From positions 82,028,001-82,092,000 of the forward strand of contig NC_087436.1 of NCBI RefSeq assembly GCF_036321535.1: a stretch of 64,000 nt of DNA, in the 5' to 3' direction. The notes beneath the pieces are model-generated. The model did not search any database. It was not told the origin of the DNA and worked only from the letters and a program-made list of their open reading frames with translations. Source of the DNA: Camelus dromedarius. Its lineage: Eukaryota. The position numbers and the translations under genes were made by a program. Below, in pieces: positions 1 to 12,990 of the stretch. Within the stretch, counting starts at the first letter, position 1. The number at the start of each line of letters is the position of its first letter.

Positions 1-751
1 AGTATTGCATTTTACTCTATATAGTCTTTAGGCTTGTGTAAGATAGTCATTGTTGTTTAGGGATAGAAATATTGAAGCACAAAAGAAAATATTTTTGAAA
101 TGGAAAAGCTTATATTCTTGTTATTATTTCCTATAGTTGGGAAATATATTTCTGTTATACAAATTGATAAATTGACAAATCTTACTTAAAACCTAAATCA
201 ATATAAATCATACTTAAAATGTTAGAATATCTTACTGTACATAATATGTAATTAAAATCATTGTCTCTTGAAGAATTTGTTTAAAAAAAAACAGTGCTAT
301 CTTGCTCTTCACATTCATATCTCCCATGATCATTTAAGTAAGACAAAATGAAACAGTCTGTTGTTCTCAAACTGTTAAATATCAGTGAAAATGAAAAGAT
401 TAGGAATTTTATTCTGAATAGCAAAATGTAGGGAAAATAATTTGCCTTGTGTTTTTTTTTTTTTTAATGAAGATATTAGAAAATAGTCAAATTTCAGAGA
501 GAAGAGAATTTCTTTTGGGGATTTTCCAACAGAATAGCCTTCATAGTTCTTAGAGAAATCATAAATAAAATTATCAAATGTTAGCAAAGTCAGCTCACCA
601 ACTTACTGTGAACAGAACAGTTTCCCAGGACTGCTAGAAGGGGAAGGAGATTGAGGTGCAGAAATCCTTATAAGCCACTCCTTGGTCACTCTTTGGGGGT
701 CAAATTCAGTTACCCTTTTTATATAACATCAGATTCTGTGTCCTTTGGCAG

Positions 752-814
752 TTTGACATCTCTGATTTAGTGCGCTGCATGAGACTACAAAGACATGGAA
801 TGGTTCAGACAGAG
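752..814 (+). CDS. PTPN13: PTPN13 (FAP-1/PTP-BAS) penultimate coding exon, end of PTP catalytic domain
   Basis: ttggcAG acceptor (750-751) and GAG|GTGAGT donor; 63 nt, phase 0, encodes FDISDLVRCMRLQRHGMVQTE, the RxQRxGMVQT Q-loop motif of classical PTPs, matching the recalled PTPN13 C-terminus. Confidence 0.96.
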
Positions 815-1544
815 GTGAGTGTTGGCTATTTACTTCTATTGAATTGGGTTTTTGTGAAAGTATTTCTAGGCTTTTTTTTTTTTTAATGTTGCCTTATAGT
901 TTAAAAAATGAGGAAATTCAAAATCCACAATGAATAGATTACAGAGAATTGGGGCAAAAATTTGGAGTAGTACAAAATAACACGTAATTAGTGGCACTCC
1001 TTCCCCATTTCCAACATAAAAAAGAAATAGAAGGCAAAATTTTTGCTCCAGAAACTTCCTGAGAGAGAGTAGAATCAGCAGCATTGACCAGAAGGCAGGA
1101 AGGGAGGCTGGAGTTGCTTAGCTTGGAGAAGGCACCCTTGGGGAAGAATGAATGGGTGCGTTCATTTACCCTGTTTTGATCATTTTCATTTCTCTGACCT
1201 GAAGTCAAAACATGAGTTATATCAGCCACCAACCTACAGACATGGGTCCTTCACAGGGACTGCATTACTTACAGTGTCTGTCTGCTCTGCGTAGTTTCAC
1301 TACCCTTTCTGTGATGTGTTGGGGGAAGAATGTGGAAGAAGCTCTTTTCATATATCTACAAATTCATATTTCTCTATCTCTTGAAGAATATGGAAGTTTA
1401 CTGTCATCAAAATTAGAATGTGCCTTCTTTCCCTTCATATATATATATATATGTGTGTCCTAAATATTAAGCTGATTGACAGTCACATTTTGTAAGTAAA
1501 GAAAACATTGATTTGTGTCAGCAGTTTTTTAGACTTGGGAAGTT

Positions 1545-2790
1545 CACTCATTCAGCAGATATTTATCGAGTGCCTGCTTTGTATCGGGCACTTTTCTACA
1601 TGCTTGGAGCGTATCAGTGAACAAGATCCCTGCTAGAACAACAAAGATCTTCTAGGGGATGGTGATGAGGAAGGCAGGTAATAAACCCATTAAAAAGGAA
1701 ATCGTCTAGGATCTTTGAAAGTGATACATGCTTTAGAGGAGAAACAAAGCGTACGCTAAAGGATGAGCCATGGCAGGTGGGGTGCTATTTTAAATAGGGT
1801 GGCAGCACTGAGGAGGTAACCTTGAGCTAAGATTTGAAGGAAGGGGTCATGCAGATGTCCGGGAGTGAGAGCCTCTCAGGAAGTCCAAGGTGGGAGTGGG
1901 TCTTGTGTGTTCCAGAATAGTCCCGGCTAGTGTGGCTGAGGTGGAAGGAGAGGAGGGGAGCTGTGAGAGGAGGTGACAGGTCCAGGGCATGGGCCTTCCC
2001 CTCAGAAAAATGGAGCCATCACAGGATTGTCAGTATGAGTGACATGACCTGACACATTTTCAAGGACCGCTCTGGCTGCTGTATTAAAACGAAACTCACA
2101 AATGGCATTTGTTGTTGGTTGAATAGTATTCCATTGTATAAATACTATTCAACCAACAACATAACGCCATTTGCGGCAACATGGATGTTACTGGAGAATG
2201 TCATTCTAAGTGAAGTAAGCCGGAAAGAGAAAGAAAAATACCACATGAGATCGCTCATATGTGGAATCTAAAAAAAAAACAAAAACAAAACATAAATACA
2301 AAACAGAAACAGACTCATAGACATAGAATACAAACTTGTGGTTGCCAAGGGGGCTGAGGGTGGGAAGGGACAGACTGGGATTTCAAAGTTTAGACTAGAT
2401 AAACAAGATTGTACTGTATAGCACAGGGAAATATATACAAGATCTTATGGTAGTTCACAGAGAAAAAAATGACAATGAATATGTATGTTCATGTATAACT
2501 GAAAAATTGTGCTCTACACTGGAATTTGACACAACATTGTAAAATGATTATAACTCAATCAAAAACCTTAAAAATTGTTTTAAATTAAAATAAAAATTTA
2601 AAATGTTATTTTAAAAAAAAAAAAAACATGACCCGATTTGGGAAGGAGGGTGCAGGGTTAGAAGCGGGAGGTGGGCCAGGTGGACGCTGTGGTGGCCCCG
2701 ACTGGAGTGGTGGGTGTGGATACAGGGAGAGGAGGACGTTACGTCAAGTGTCGGCTGGTGGGCTGTTTGTGGTGTGAGAGAGTCAAGGAT
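1545..2790 (-). mobile_element. Old L2 LINE fragment, interrupted by a younger L1 at ~2100-2625
   Basis: Typical antisense L2 3'-end sequence ttcactcattcagcagatatttatcgagtgcctgc followed by purine-rich L2-like body on both sides of the L1. Confidence 0.65.
2099..2626 (+). mobile_element. 5'-truncated young L1 3' end with inverted (fold-back) 5' junction
   Basis: L1 ORF2-end/3'UTR motifs (gccatttgcggcaacatggatg, ctaagtgaagtaagcc, actgtatagcacaggga, acacaacattgtaaa) and an A-rich tail. Confidence 0.88.
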
Positions 2791-3336
2791 AAATGTGGGC
2801 AAGTTAGAATTCAGATTAGCAAAAAGGAAACAATAAAACAGTTGTGTGTATTCCTCTTCTTCAGAGTTGTTAACATTTCAAGACAATTCTTTTGTGTAGC
2901 TTCTTGGGTATTAATTTCTTGACATTTCAAAACATCAAGATGAGTTCAGAGTCTAGAAGAAATTTTTTAGGAAGTTTATTTTTCCATTATAAAAGTAAAT
3001 CATAAATATCACCAAAGCACAAAGAATAGAAGTGGCCCATGAATCAGAGACAATTTCAGTTAGCACTCACCCACCCACCCCCAAGGCCCTTTCCCTCCTC
3101 TATCTCAATCTGGTTTCTGTCTCTTACCGTTTTTATGACACTGCACAGTTCAATATCCTGCTTCTTACATTCAACCCTATAAGATAATTTTTCCATATTT
3201 TCAAAATTACTCAAACATCACTTCCTATAGTGAAGATACATATATATGTAATATTCACATTATACATCTAAAGTCTTCTTTCCCTCTCCCTGTTTTTTTG
3301 TTTTGTTTTACTTTGTTTTGTTTTGTTTTGCTATAG

Positions 3337-3432
3337 GATCAATATATTTTCTGCTATCAAGTCATCCTTTACGTCCTGACACGCCTTCAAGCAGAAGAAG
3401 AGCAAAGAGAGCAGCCCCAGCCCCTGAAATGA
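3337..3432 (+). CDS. PTPN13: PTPN13 last coding exon (coding part)
   Basis: Long T-rich tract plus ctatAG acceptor (3335-3336); encodes DQYIFCYQVILYVLTRLQAEEEQREQPQPLK then TGA at 3430-3432; continues the 752-814 exon in frame (QTE-DQYIFCY). Confidence 0.96.
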   Translation, partial: DQYIFCYQVILYVLTRLQAEEEQREQPQPLK

Positions 3433-4045
3433 CATGGACAGAACAGCCTCTGATGTCTGTCCATTTCCCTCCTAACTTCAGCAGACACTCCTGCTCTCTA
3501 TTTAAAACAAAGATCACAGGGCATCAAGTCCATACAACATCGTTAGGCTTATTCTCCTCTACCTTAGAGGGGCATTCTTAGTAACAATAAATAATGTTGA
3601 AATGCTGTATTTTTTTTACAGCTACTTTAACCTGTGATAATTATTAAAGATTTTTTTAACACTAACTGAATAATGCAAATTTTAGGGATGATTAAGGCAG
3701 CATTTGATTATAGTTGACATTGTTACCAGGACACACCAAGTCTGTTTTTAATGCACCAATCTTGTTTATAGCAAAATTATTTTCCAGTATTTTAATAAAC
3801 TAGAGTTATTTTATAGGGGATACTTGAAACCAGTATTTAAGCTTTAAATGACAGTAATATTGGCATAGAAAAACAGGTAGCAAATGTTTACTGTATCAGT
3901 TCTAATGTTTACTATATAGAACTTCCTGTAATATATTTATATACTTTTTCATGAAAATGGAGATATCAGATACATTTGTAACTGCATCATCTGTTATACA
4001 ATATCATCTCACTTTGTAAATAAAAATACACCTTAAAACATGAAC
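3433..4045 (+). other. PTPN13: PTPN13 3' UTR with three AATAAA hexamers
   Basis: AT-rich sequence after the stop; AATAAA at 3586-3591, 3794-3799 and 4019-4024. The 3' end is estimated from the distal signal. Confidence 0.75.
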
Positions 4046-5299
4046 AAGCCAAAAGTGTGTGCAGACAAATTAAACATTTTCAGTGTGCTATTTTTAACGA
4101 CATCCCGGCCCCTGGAAAGGCAGGAACTTCTGGACCCCAACTCCCCATCTTCCCCCTTGGTCCCAGCTGTGCCAGCCCCAGGGACCGGGAGTGTTGTCAG
4201 AAAGCCTGGGAGACCTTCGCCAAGGTCTGATTTGATGGTGAGGGTCAGGTACTGGACAACAGTGGTTAAGAACTTCAGTCTCACTTCCTACCGCCTTCCT
4301 GTGAGCCTAACTGATACATAAATCAGAGTTTTCAAGTCCTCGTTGTAATAAAACTCAGAGTTTTCTATCTTGGCTAACAAGGGGTAATGAAAGAAAACAA
4401 GATCACACCACCTGGGAGGTTTATATTTGGTCTGCCTGAAGGGAAAGAGATGGCTTCAAAGAACCTGCTTCTGATGCTCAGCGCTGAGCAAGGGTCCCGG
4501 ACTCCTAATTCTGACAGTGCTACTGAACCCCGCCGTGAGTGACGCCACCCCTAGACCAAGGAAACTGCTTGGCTCATCCTCATAGGAGCGACCAATTCTG
4601 AGCTAGTTAACTGGAATTTCAGATGTTACCCGAGTGCGACGATTTGCTGGGACCTGCTCCTGAAGAGCTGAGGTTATCTGAGGGCAGAAGACGGTACCAG
4701 GAAATGCACAAAACCCCAGAACGGTGTGTGTGACTCCTCACAGGAAGCAGGTGTGACTCCTTCCTCAGAAGTAGCTCTGAATCTGGCAAGAGAAGTACCA
4801 CCACCATCATTCCCACTTCAATCAGAAGAGTTTTTACAGACTGGGTTATAGCTAAGGATTTCATTGGGTAGGGGGGGGTTCTATGGCTTTAAAAAGATAT
4901 TTAGAAATTCCTGTCCGAGTGAGTTGGAATCATGAGACTTTGTTTTCCTGTCATAATGACAGGAAACCAGGCCAGCAGGGCTCCAGGAGCCAGTACAGCT
5001 GGAGGTGATTAGCTACCATCTGAAGTCAACAGAGAGGGGAGGGGGGAAGCTGGAGAAAGATCCTTTTTCTGGAAAGAATGTAGCTAGGAAATGGAAACTA
5101 GGGGAAGAAAATGCGGGTTTCGGTTTACAAACCCTGAATGGAAACTTCATTATAGTAAACATGTCGCCCTCCTCGTCTGGGAGGTGGCTCCACTACCTCG
5201 GAACGGGGTTAGCCACTTGCTAGGGGCACGCTGGTTAGAAAGCACGGTGATGCCACAGTGCCAGGTAGCGAATGAATAAACAGGACTTGGCTCCTAACA

Positions 5300-5720
5300 C
5301 ACGTTAGCTAGCTAAGTACCATAAAATACACACCCAAACATAGAATGGCTCAAACATAATAGAAGCTTATTTCTAGGTATCTAACAGTTCTGGGCAGGAG
5401 AACAGCTCAACAGGGCAGCTCTCCTCCCTCCAACTGTTAGGAACCCAGGCTGATGGAGGTTCTGTAATCAACACATAGCTTTTCATCCCGGAAATTGTCT
5501 CCATTTCTCCAGCCAGAAAGGGGTGAAAGGGTATGGAGGGCCACCTGTGGGGGACTTTATGAACCAGGCAGGCCTGGAAGTGAAGTGCATCACTGCCATT
5601 CATTCCATCAGCAAGAATTACTCAAACAGTGCCCCTGAGCACAAGAAAGCTGGGAAGTGAGTTGGCTGAGCAGCTGTTTCCCAGCGACAGACAACTCTGT
5701 GCTGTAGAAGGAGAAGCACG
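5300..5720. mobile_element. Old ERVL/MaLR-type LTR remnant (LTR33/MLT1-like)
   Basis: Motifs resembling old LTRs (aggaacccaggctgatggagg, cactgccattcattccat, gctgggaag); family uncertain. Confidence 0.45.
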
Positions 5721-6296
5721 AGTTGTGATGGAGTCTATTTATAAAACTGAGCTAAAGTTGTATATTCTAGAAGAATGTACCTTAGAACAGTCCTGAGCAC
5801 CTCAGGATTGGAAACATCACCTTGTCTCCAAATCAAAACTTTGTTAGATGTCATTAGTAGAAGTATTTCTGAATTATGATAAAAAGGGAAGTAACTGCTG
5901 AGAAAGGGCAAGGTGTTCACAACTGTGGTTCCATTAGCCTGCTAGAGCTCTTGGTTTTAAAATGACTAGTTATCTACACACAATGTGATACATTCAAGAG
6001 ATTAACAATTCACCAAAGCTGTCCTTTAGTCAGATACCTAGACAGTAAGAAAATGTGTTCCTATTTTATATAATTCAAGGTAACTTGTTATGCTGGTGAT
6101 AAATATAACAAACCTGCATAAGATTTTAAAGCCAGTTTAAAATTTAATGTATCAACTTGGAACTGCATTTGACTGCAAGTAACCAAAAACTAATCAAACA
6201 GGCTTACACAGATTAGAGATTTCTTCCCTTAAGAAAACCAGTTTGGAAGTAGACTTCGCTGGAATTGATTCTGCAGTTCAGGAATGTCAGCTGTGG

Positions 6297-9200
6297 TCCC
6301 ATTTGCTTATTTTTGCTTTTGTTTTCCCTTCCTGAGGAGGCAGATCCAAAACGACATTGCTGAGACTGATGTCAAGGAACATACCACCTGTGTCTTCTTC
6401 CAGAAGCTTCATGGTTGCAGGTCTTATATTTAAGTCTTTAATTCATTTTGAGTTTATTTTTGTGTATGGTGTGAGAAATAGTCCAGCTTGATCTTTTGCA
6501 TGTAGCTGTCCAGTTTTCCCAATGCCACTTATTGAAGAGTGTCTTTTCCACATTATATATTCTCGCCTCCTTTGTCATAGATTAATGGCACATAGAAGTG
6601 TGGGTTCATTTCTACACTGTCTGTTCTGTTCCATTGATCTGTTTTTGTGCCAGTACCATACAATTTTTATTACTGTAGATTTGTAGTATCATTTGAAATA
6701 AAGGGCCATGATGCTTCCACCTTTGTTTTTTTTAAGATTGTTTTGACTATTTGGGGTCTTCTGAATTTCAATACAAATTTTAGAATTATTTGTTCTAGTT
6801 CAGTGAAAAATGCCATTGGTATTTTGATAGGGATTGCCTTGGGTAGTACAGTCATTTTAACAATATCTTTCTATTTGTTTGTGTCATCTTCACTTCTTTC
6901 ATCAGTGTCTTACAGTTTTCCGAGTTACAGTTCTTTTACCTCCTTAGATTTACTCCTAAGTATTTTATTTTTTTGATGCGATTGTAAATGGGGTTGTTCT
7001 GTCAATTTTCTCTTTCTGATAGTTTGTTGTTAGTATATAGAAACAAAACAGATTTCTATATATTAATTTTATATCCTGCAACTTTACCAAATTCATTGAT
7101 GAGTTTAGTTTTTTGGTGGTGTGTTAGGATTTTCTATGTATAGCATCATGTCATCTGCAAACAGTGAAAGTTTTACTTCTTCCTTTCCAAACTGGGTTGT
7201 TTTGTTTTGTTTTTGTCTGATTGCTATGGGGAAGACTTCAAATACTATGTTGAATAGAAGTGGCAAGAGTGGGCATCCTTGTCTTGTTCCTAATCTTAGA
7301 GGAAATACTTTCAGCTTTTTATCATTGAGTATGATGTCAGCTCTGGGCTTGTCATATTTGGCCATTATTATTTTGAGGTATGGTCCCTCTATACCCACTT
7401 TCTGGAGAGTTTTTATCATAAATAGATGTTGGATTTTGTCATAAGCTTTTTCTGCATTTACTGAGATGATCACATGATTTTTATCCTTCAGTTTGTTAAT
7501 ATGGTGATCACATTGATTTGTGGATCTTGAACCATTCTTGCTTCCCTGGACTAAATCCCATTTGATCATGGTATATAATCATTTAATGTACTGTTGAATT
7601 TGTTTGAGAATTTTTTTTATTGATGCTCATCAGTGATATTGGCCAGTAATTTTCTTTTGTGTGGGTGTATGTGGTGTCTTTGGTTTTAGTACAAGGTGAT
7701 GATGGCCTCATAGAATGAGTTTAGAAGCATGCCTTCCTCTAATTTTTTGGACCAGTTTTGAGAAGGATAGGTGTTAACTCTTTTTTAGATGTTTAGTACA
7801 ATTCACCTGTAAAGCGGTCCTGGACTTTTGTTGGGATTTTTGAAAATACTGATTCAATTTCATTACTGTTTCCTCTTGGGACATTGTGCATTTCTAGGAC
7901 TTTGTCCATTTCTTCTAGGTTGTCCACTTTATTGGCATATAATTGTTCTTAGTAATCCCTTATGATCCTTGTATTTCTGTGGTTTTGGTTGTAACTTCTT
8001 TTTCATTTCTGATTTTATTTGGGCCCTTTTTTTTTCTTCATAAATCTGGCTAAAGTTTTATCAATTTTGTTTATCTTTTCAATGAACAAGTTCTTAGTTT
8101 CATTGATCTTTTTTCTTTCCTTTTTTTTTTTTTTGTCTCTATTTCTGCTCTAATCTTTATTATTTCCTTCCTTCTACTAATTTTGGGTTTTGTTTAGTCT
8201 TCTTTTTTTATTTACTTAACTGTAATATTAGGTTGTTTGAGATTTTTCCTGTTTCCTGAGGTAGGCTTGTATCACTATAAACTTCCCTCTTAAAACTATT
8301 TTTGCTGCATCCCATTGATTCTGGATTATTGTATTTTTGTTTTCATTTGTCTCCAGGTATTATTTTATTTCCTATTTGGTTTCTTCAGTGATCCATTGGT
8401 TGTTTAGTGGCATGTTGTTTAATCGCCATGTTTGTGGTTTTTGCAGTTTTTGTTTTGTAGTTATTTCTAGTCTCACAGCATTGTGGTCAGAAAACTTGCT
8501 TGATATGATTTCAATCTTAAATTTACTGAGACTTGTTTTGTGGCATAGCAAGTGATTTATGGTGGAGAATTTTCCATGTGCCCTTGAAAAAAAAACGTGT
8601 ATTCTGCTGCCTTTGGATGGAATGTTCTGTATGTGTGCGTGTATATGCATGTCCCTCTTATCTAATGCATCGTTTAAAGCCAGTGTTTCCTTATTGATTT
8701 TCCACTTGGATGATCTATCCATTGATGTGAGGTGTTAAAAGTTCCCTACTGTTATTGTGTAACTGTCAATTTCTCCCTTTTGCTTGTTAATATTTGCTGT
8801 AAGTATTTAGGTGTTCCTATGTTGGGCGCAATATTTTTACAATTGTTTTATCTTCTTGTTGAATTGATCCTTTATCAGTATGTAATGCCTTTCTTTCCCT
8901 CTTGTTACAATCTTTGTTTTAAAGTCTATCTTGTCTGATATAAATATTGATACCCCAGCTTGCTTTTGTTTTCCATTTGCATGGCATGCCTTTTTCAGTC
9001 CTCTATTCAGTTTGTGTGTCTTTAGATCTAAAATAAGTCTCTTATAGGCAGCATATATGTCTTTTTTTTAATCCATTCAGCCACTTTGTGTCTTTTGATT
9101 GGAGCATTTAATCCATTTAAAGTAATTATTAACAGGTATGTACTTATCGCCATTTTTTTCGTTGTTTTCTGATTGTTTTTGAAGCTCTTTTTTTTGTTAC

Positions 9201-10900
9201 ATTCCTCTTTTGCTCACTTATGACTTGATGATTAGCTTTATTGTTATGTTTGGACTCTTCTCTTTTGTGTGTGTCTATCTGTTACGGATTATTGGTTTGT
9301 AGTTACCATGAGTGTATATATATATAGTGTATATATAATTATATACACTATATATATATAAACACACATATAGGAACAAACATATATGTATATAATTTTA
9401 AGTTGATCTCTTAAGTTTGCATTGTAACCACCATGTGTTTTTACTTCCCTCCCCACATTTAACGTGCTTGACATCATATTTACATCTTTTTATTTTGTGT
9501 ATCCCTTAATTGTGGCTATAGATGATTTTACTACTTTTGTCTTTCAACTTTCCTACTAGCTTTATAAGTGGTTAATCTACTATCTTTACTGTATATTTGC
9601 CTTTACCAATGACATTTTTCCTTTCATAATTTTCATATTTCTAGTGTGGCCTTTTCTTTCCCACTTAGAGACATCTCCTTAGCATTTCTTGTACAACTGG
9701 TTTAGTTATGCTGAACTCTTAGCTTTTACTTCTTTGTAAAACTCTCTCTCCTTCAAACCTGAATGATAGCCTTTCTGCATAGAGTGTTCTTTGTTGTAGG
9801 TTTTTTTCATCACTTTGAATATTTCATGCCACACCATTGTGGCTTGCAGAGTGTCTACTGAAAAGTCAGCCGATACTCATGGGAATTCCCTTGTGTGTTG
9901 TAGTTACAGGGAAAAGTTGCTTTTCCCTGGCTCCTTTTAAGAGTCTAATTTTTTGCCATTTTAATTACAATGTATCTTAATGTGGACCTCTTTGGAACTA
10001 TGATTCCTGGACCTGGATGTCTCTTTTCCCAGATTAGGGAAGTTTTCAGCTATTAATGCCTTCAGGTATGTATGTTCTCTCTCCCTTCCGTCTATGACCC
10101 CTATAATGTGACTGTTAGTACACTTGATGTCCTGAAAGTCTCAAACTGTCTATTATTTTTTTTCTGTTCAGTTTCAGTGATTTCCACTACTGGTCTTTCA
10201 GTTCCCTAATCCATTCCTCTGTATCATCTCATCTACTATTGATTCCTTGTAGTATATATTTTATTTTTGTTATTATATTCTTCAGCTGTTTGGTTCCTTA
10301 TATATTCTCTTTGTTAAACTTCTCACTGGGTCATCCATTGTTCTCCTGAGTTTATTGAGCATCTTTATGGTCATTACCTTAAACTCTATTGGGTAAACTG
10401 CTTATCTACACTTTGTTCTTCTGGGACTTTGTCTTGTTCCTTGTTTGGAACATACTCGTCCCTCTCTCTTCATTCTGCCTAATTCTCCATGTTTATTTGT
10501 ATACATTAGGTAGGTTGGTTACATTTCCCAATCTCAAGAGAAGTGGCCTTAGGTAGGAGATGTACTGTGGGGCCCAGCAGCACACTCCCACCAGGTCACC
10601 AGAGCCATATACTCTAGGGGTTCCCCCTACAAGGGCTGCAGGGGCCCTTCCTCTGCGGCAGGGCCAGCGACGCTGGGCACACTGTCAGGCAGGGCTGACC
10701 GCAGCCTTTGCCTGCCCAGCCCTGCCTACTGCGGCGGCTGCTGACCCACTGGCGGGCAGCGCTGGGGCCCAGTGCAGCTTGCTGCACAGCCTAGGGCATC
10801 CCAGAGCCAGTGCCAGCCCACTGGGAGGTGGGCCTGGCCCCCGGGCAGCTGACGGTAGTACCTAGGGGGCCCAGGGCTGGCACTGACCCACAGGTGGGCA
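6297..10900 (-). mobile_element. Degenerate ~4.6-kb L1: GC-rich 5' UTR (~10560-10900), ORF1 remnant, and ORF2 endonuclease/RT remnants; 3' end missing
   Basis: Minus-strand ORF fragments 8372-8722 (HGKFSTINHLLCHK, SDHNAVRLEI; endonuclease), 7105-7569 ([28 protein letters not shown]) and 6670-6855 ([21 protein letters not shown]); many stops and frameshifts. Confidence 0.93.
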
Positions 10901-11899
10901 GGGTATCATCCTTTATAAGGAAGGAAACAAGTGCAGAAGGACTGTCACTTGCTCAAGGTTGTCCAAATAACAAAGCTGAGTTTCAATTCTAGGACTGCTT
11001 GACTTCAACCCACAACTCCTGAGTCATTCTAGCTCTTTAAGTGGACGACGACACGGAGCCCTGCCAGTGCCCGTGTTCTTTCCACTGTGCTGTGCTGCCT
11101 CAGCTCTCCAGCTGGCTCTTTTCCAGACACAGAACTGGACTCATTCTGCTTCACATTATTTCTCTGGCCCCACTTCTGAGCTGCATGTAGGCCCCAGCTA
11201 CTATGAATGTATGATTATTTAGATCAGCTAGACTATAATTTATTCCATTAGAGCTTTTTTTAAATTACATTATTCTTTTTAAAGATAATGGATGACCTCC
11301 TGGACAACTTGACCATTTCTTGTTCTAGTAACATGTTAACAAACCATCTCTGGAGATGGCAGTCTTCTGATGTGACTACTTTGAAACCCTTACATTGATT
11401 TGTGATTGTTTCTGTCTTAAAGGATAGCTTTTGGTAGACCTGTCTCCAGACCTGTCCTGACTGGCAAATACTGACCATGCAGCTAATGCTTTCAGAATGG
11501 TGCACTGGAATTTACCATTTCGTGTTAGGTGCCTATATAGAGAAATAATTTAGAAATCCCTATTTTGAGGATTCTTTAAAAGCTCATTTTAGAACTGAGG
11601 ATCTCTAAACATACAACTCTCCTGACTGTTCATTGCAGCAGCTGAGAATTAACAATCATGGCACACATGTGTTTACTTCTTCTCCACATAAATATACTTG
11701 TGACACCTAAGGGGGCTCTTTCTGTCCTACCATACCTCTTTCCATAGTAATCACTGTCATTATATATATAAAACCTGCAAGTTCTTAAGTATACTTACAA
11801 AATAAAATTGTAAAGCACTAAATCTCAGACAATACAGTTTCTCACAGATTTCAAAATTTACAAATAAGAAAAAAAAACAGAACCAGAGTCCAACAAAAA

Positions 11900-12990
11900 C
11901 ACACTATATAGGAAGTTATGTGATAAAAGTGGCACTTCATGTCAGTAAAGATGAATGATTCAATATACGATCTTAGGACAATTAATTAGATTCTTAACAC
12001 AGGGAAAAAGAAATTCAAAATGGAATAAACATGTACATATTTAATACATAAAAGTAACAAAAATATATGGGATTTTAATACTGTAAGAATAGAGAAAGAG
12101 GATGGGTCTTACCTACTGCCAGACAGTATACACAGCAGCTAATAAGCATGTGTGCAGAGCTCCAAAAAGAACTCCCTGAAAAGGGGCCAAATGCATTCTC
12201 AAAAAGGGATCCTTTTACAATTCACAATCCATACAAAAATATAAATAGTCTAACATTTGACCAACACTGAGGGCAAAAAACATTTTTTAAAAGACTAATA
12301 AAGCTGAATATGTAAAAAATATAAAACTTCTATACAGCAAAAGACACACAAAAACAAAAGACAAAACACTAGGTAAAATACTGACAAAACAGGATAAAGG
12401 GTCATGATCTATATAATATGTTAATATGTTAAAATTTATCCATCAAAAAGGAAATAAAAAAATAGAAAAGCAGGCAAAGAACACAAACAGGTAAGTGATC
12501 ATGAAAAATACTCTACTTCACTCACAATTTTAACAATGCAACTTTAGACGAGATATTTTCCTAAAGTAGAATGATCATTCTTAAGACTGGTGCGACTGTG
12601 GGAAACCAGGTGCTCCCAGGCACTTTATACAACGGTGCCAGAGAGCTCTCTGCCCAGCATTGCGATGTGCAGTCAACCCGGCAATTCAAGCCTAGGAAGT
12701 GATCCCACAGAAATACCTCCATGAAGGCACAAGTGTTTGTAGCACTTGTGATACCAGTAAGTTGAAAGCTATTTAAATGTCTGTGAATAAGGAACAGTTA
12801 AATAAATTACAGTCCTTCCATGCACTGGAATATTTCTATGGAGCCACTGTTCTAAAGAATGAGGTAGTTCAACAAAGACTGACACATAAAGATGCTCCGT
12901 AATATGTCATTAAGTGACTTACATAAGTTTATATGGAGTGATCTCCATGTTTTTAAAATGCCACAACATATAAATATATGTTAAAAGAAT
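11900..12990 (+). mobile_element. Highly diverged L1M 3' fragment
   Basis: Degenerate L1 motifs (aaaacttctatacagcaaaagacac, aaaagcaggcaaagaacacaaacag, ggcaattcaagcctaggaa, cactggaatat). Confidence 0.55.

Noticed and set aside
7105..7569. 154-aa reverse-transcriptase-like ORF
   Set aside because: Fragment of a decayed L1 ORF2 bounded by stops and frameshifts; not a functional gene or novel RT system.
10560..10992. GC-rich patch with ORFs resembling a promoter or exon
   Set aside because: Position and content fit the 5' UTR of the adjacent minus-strand L1.
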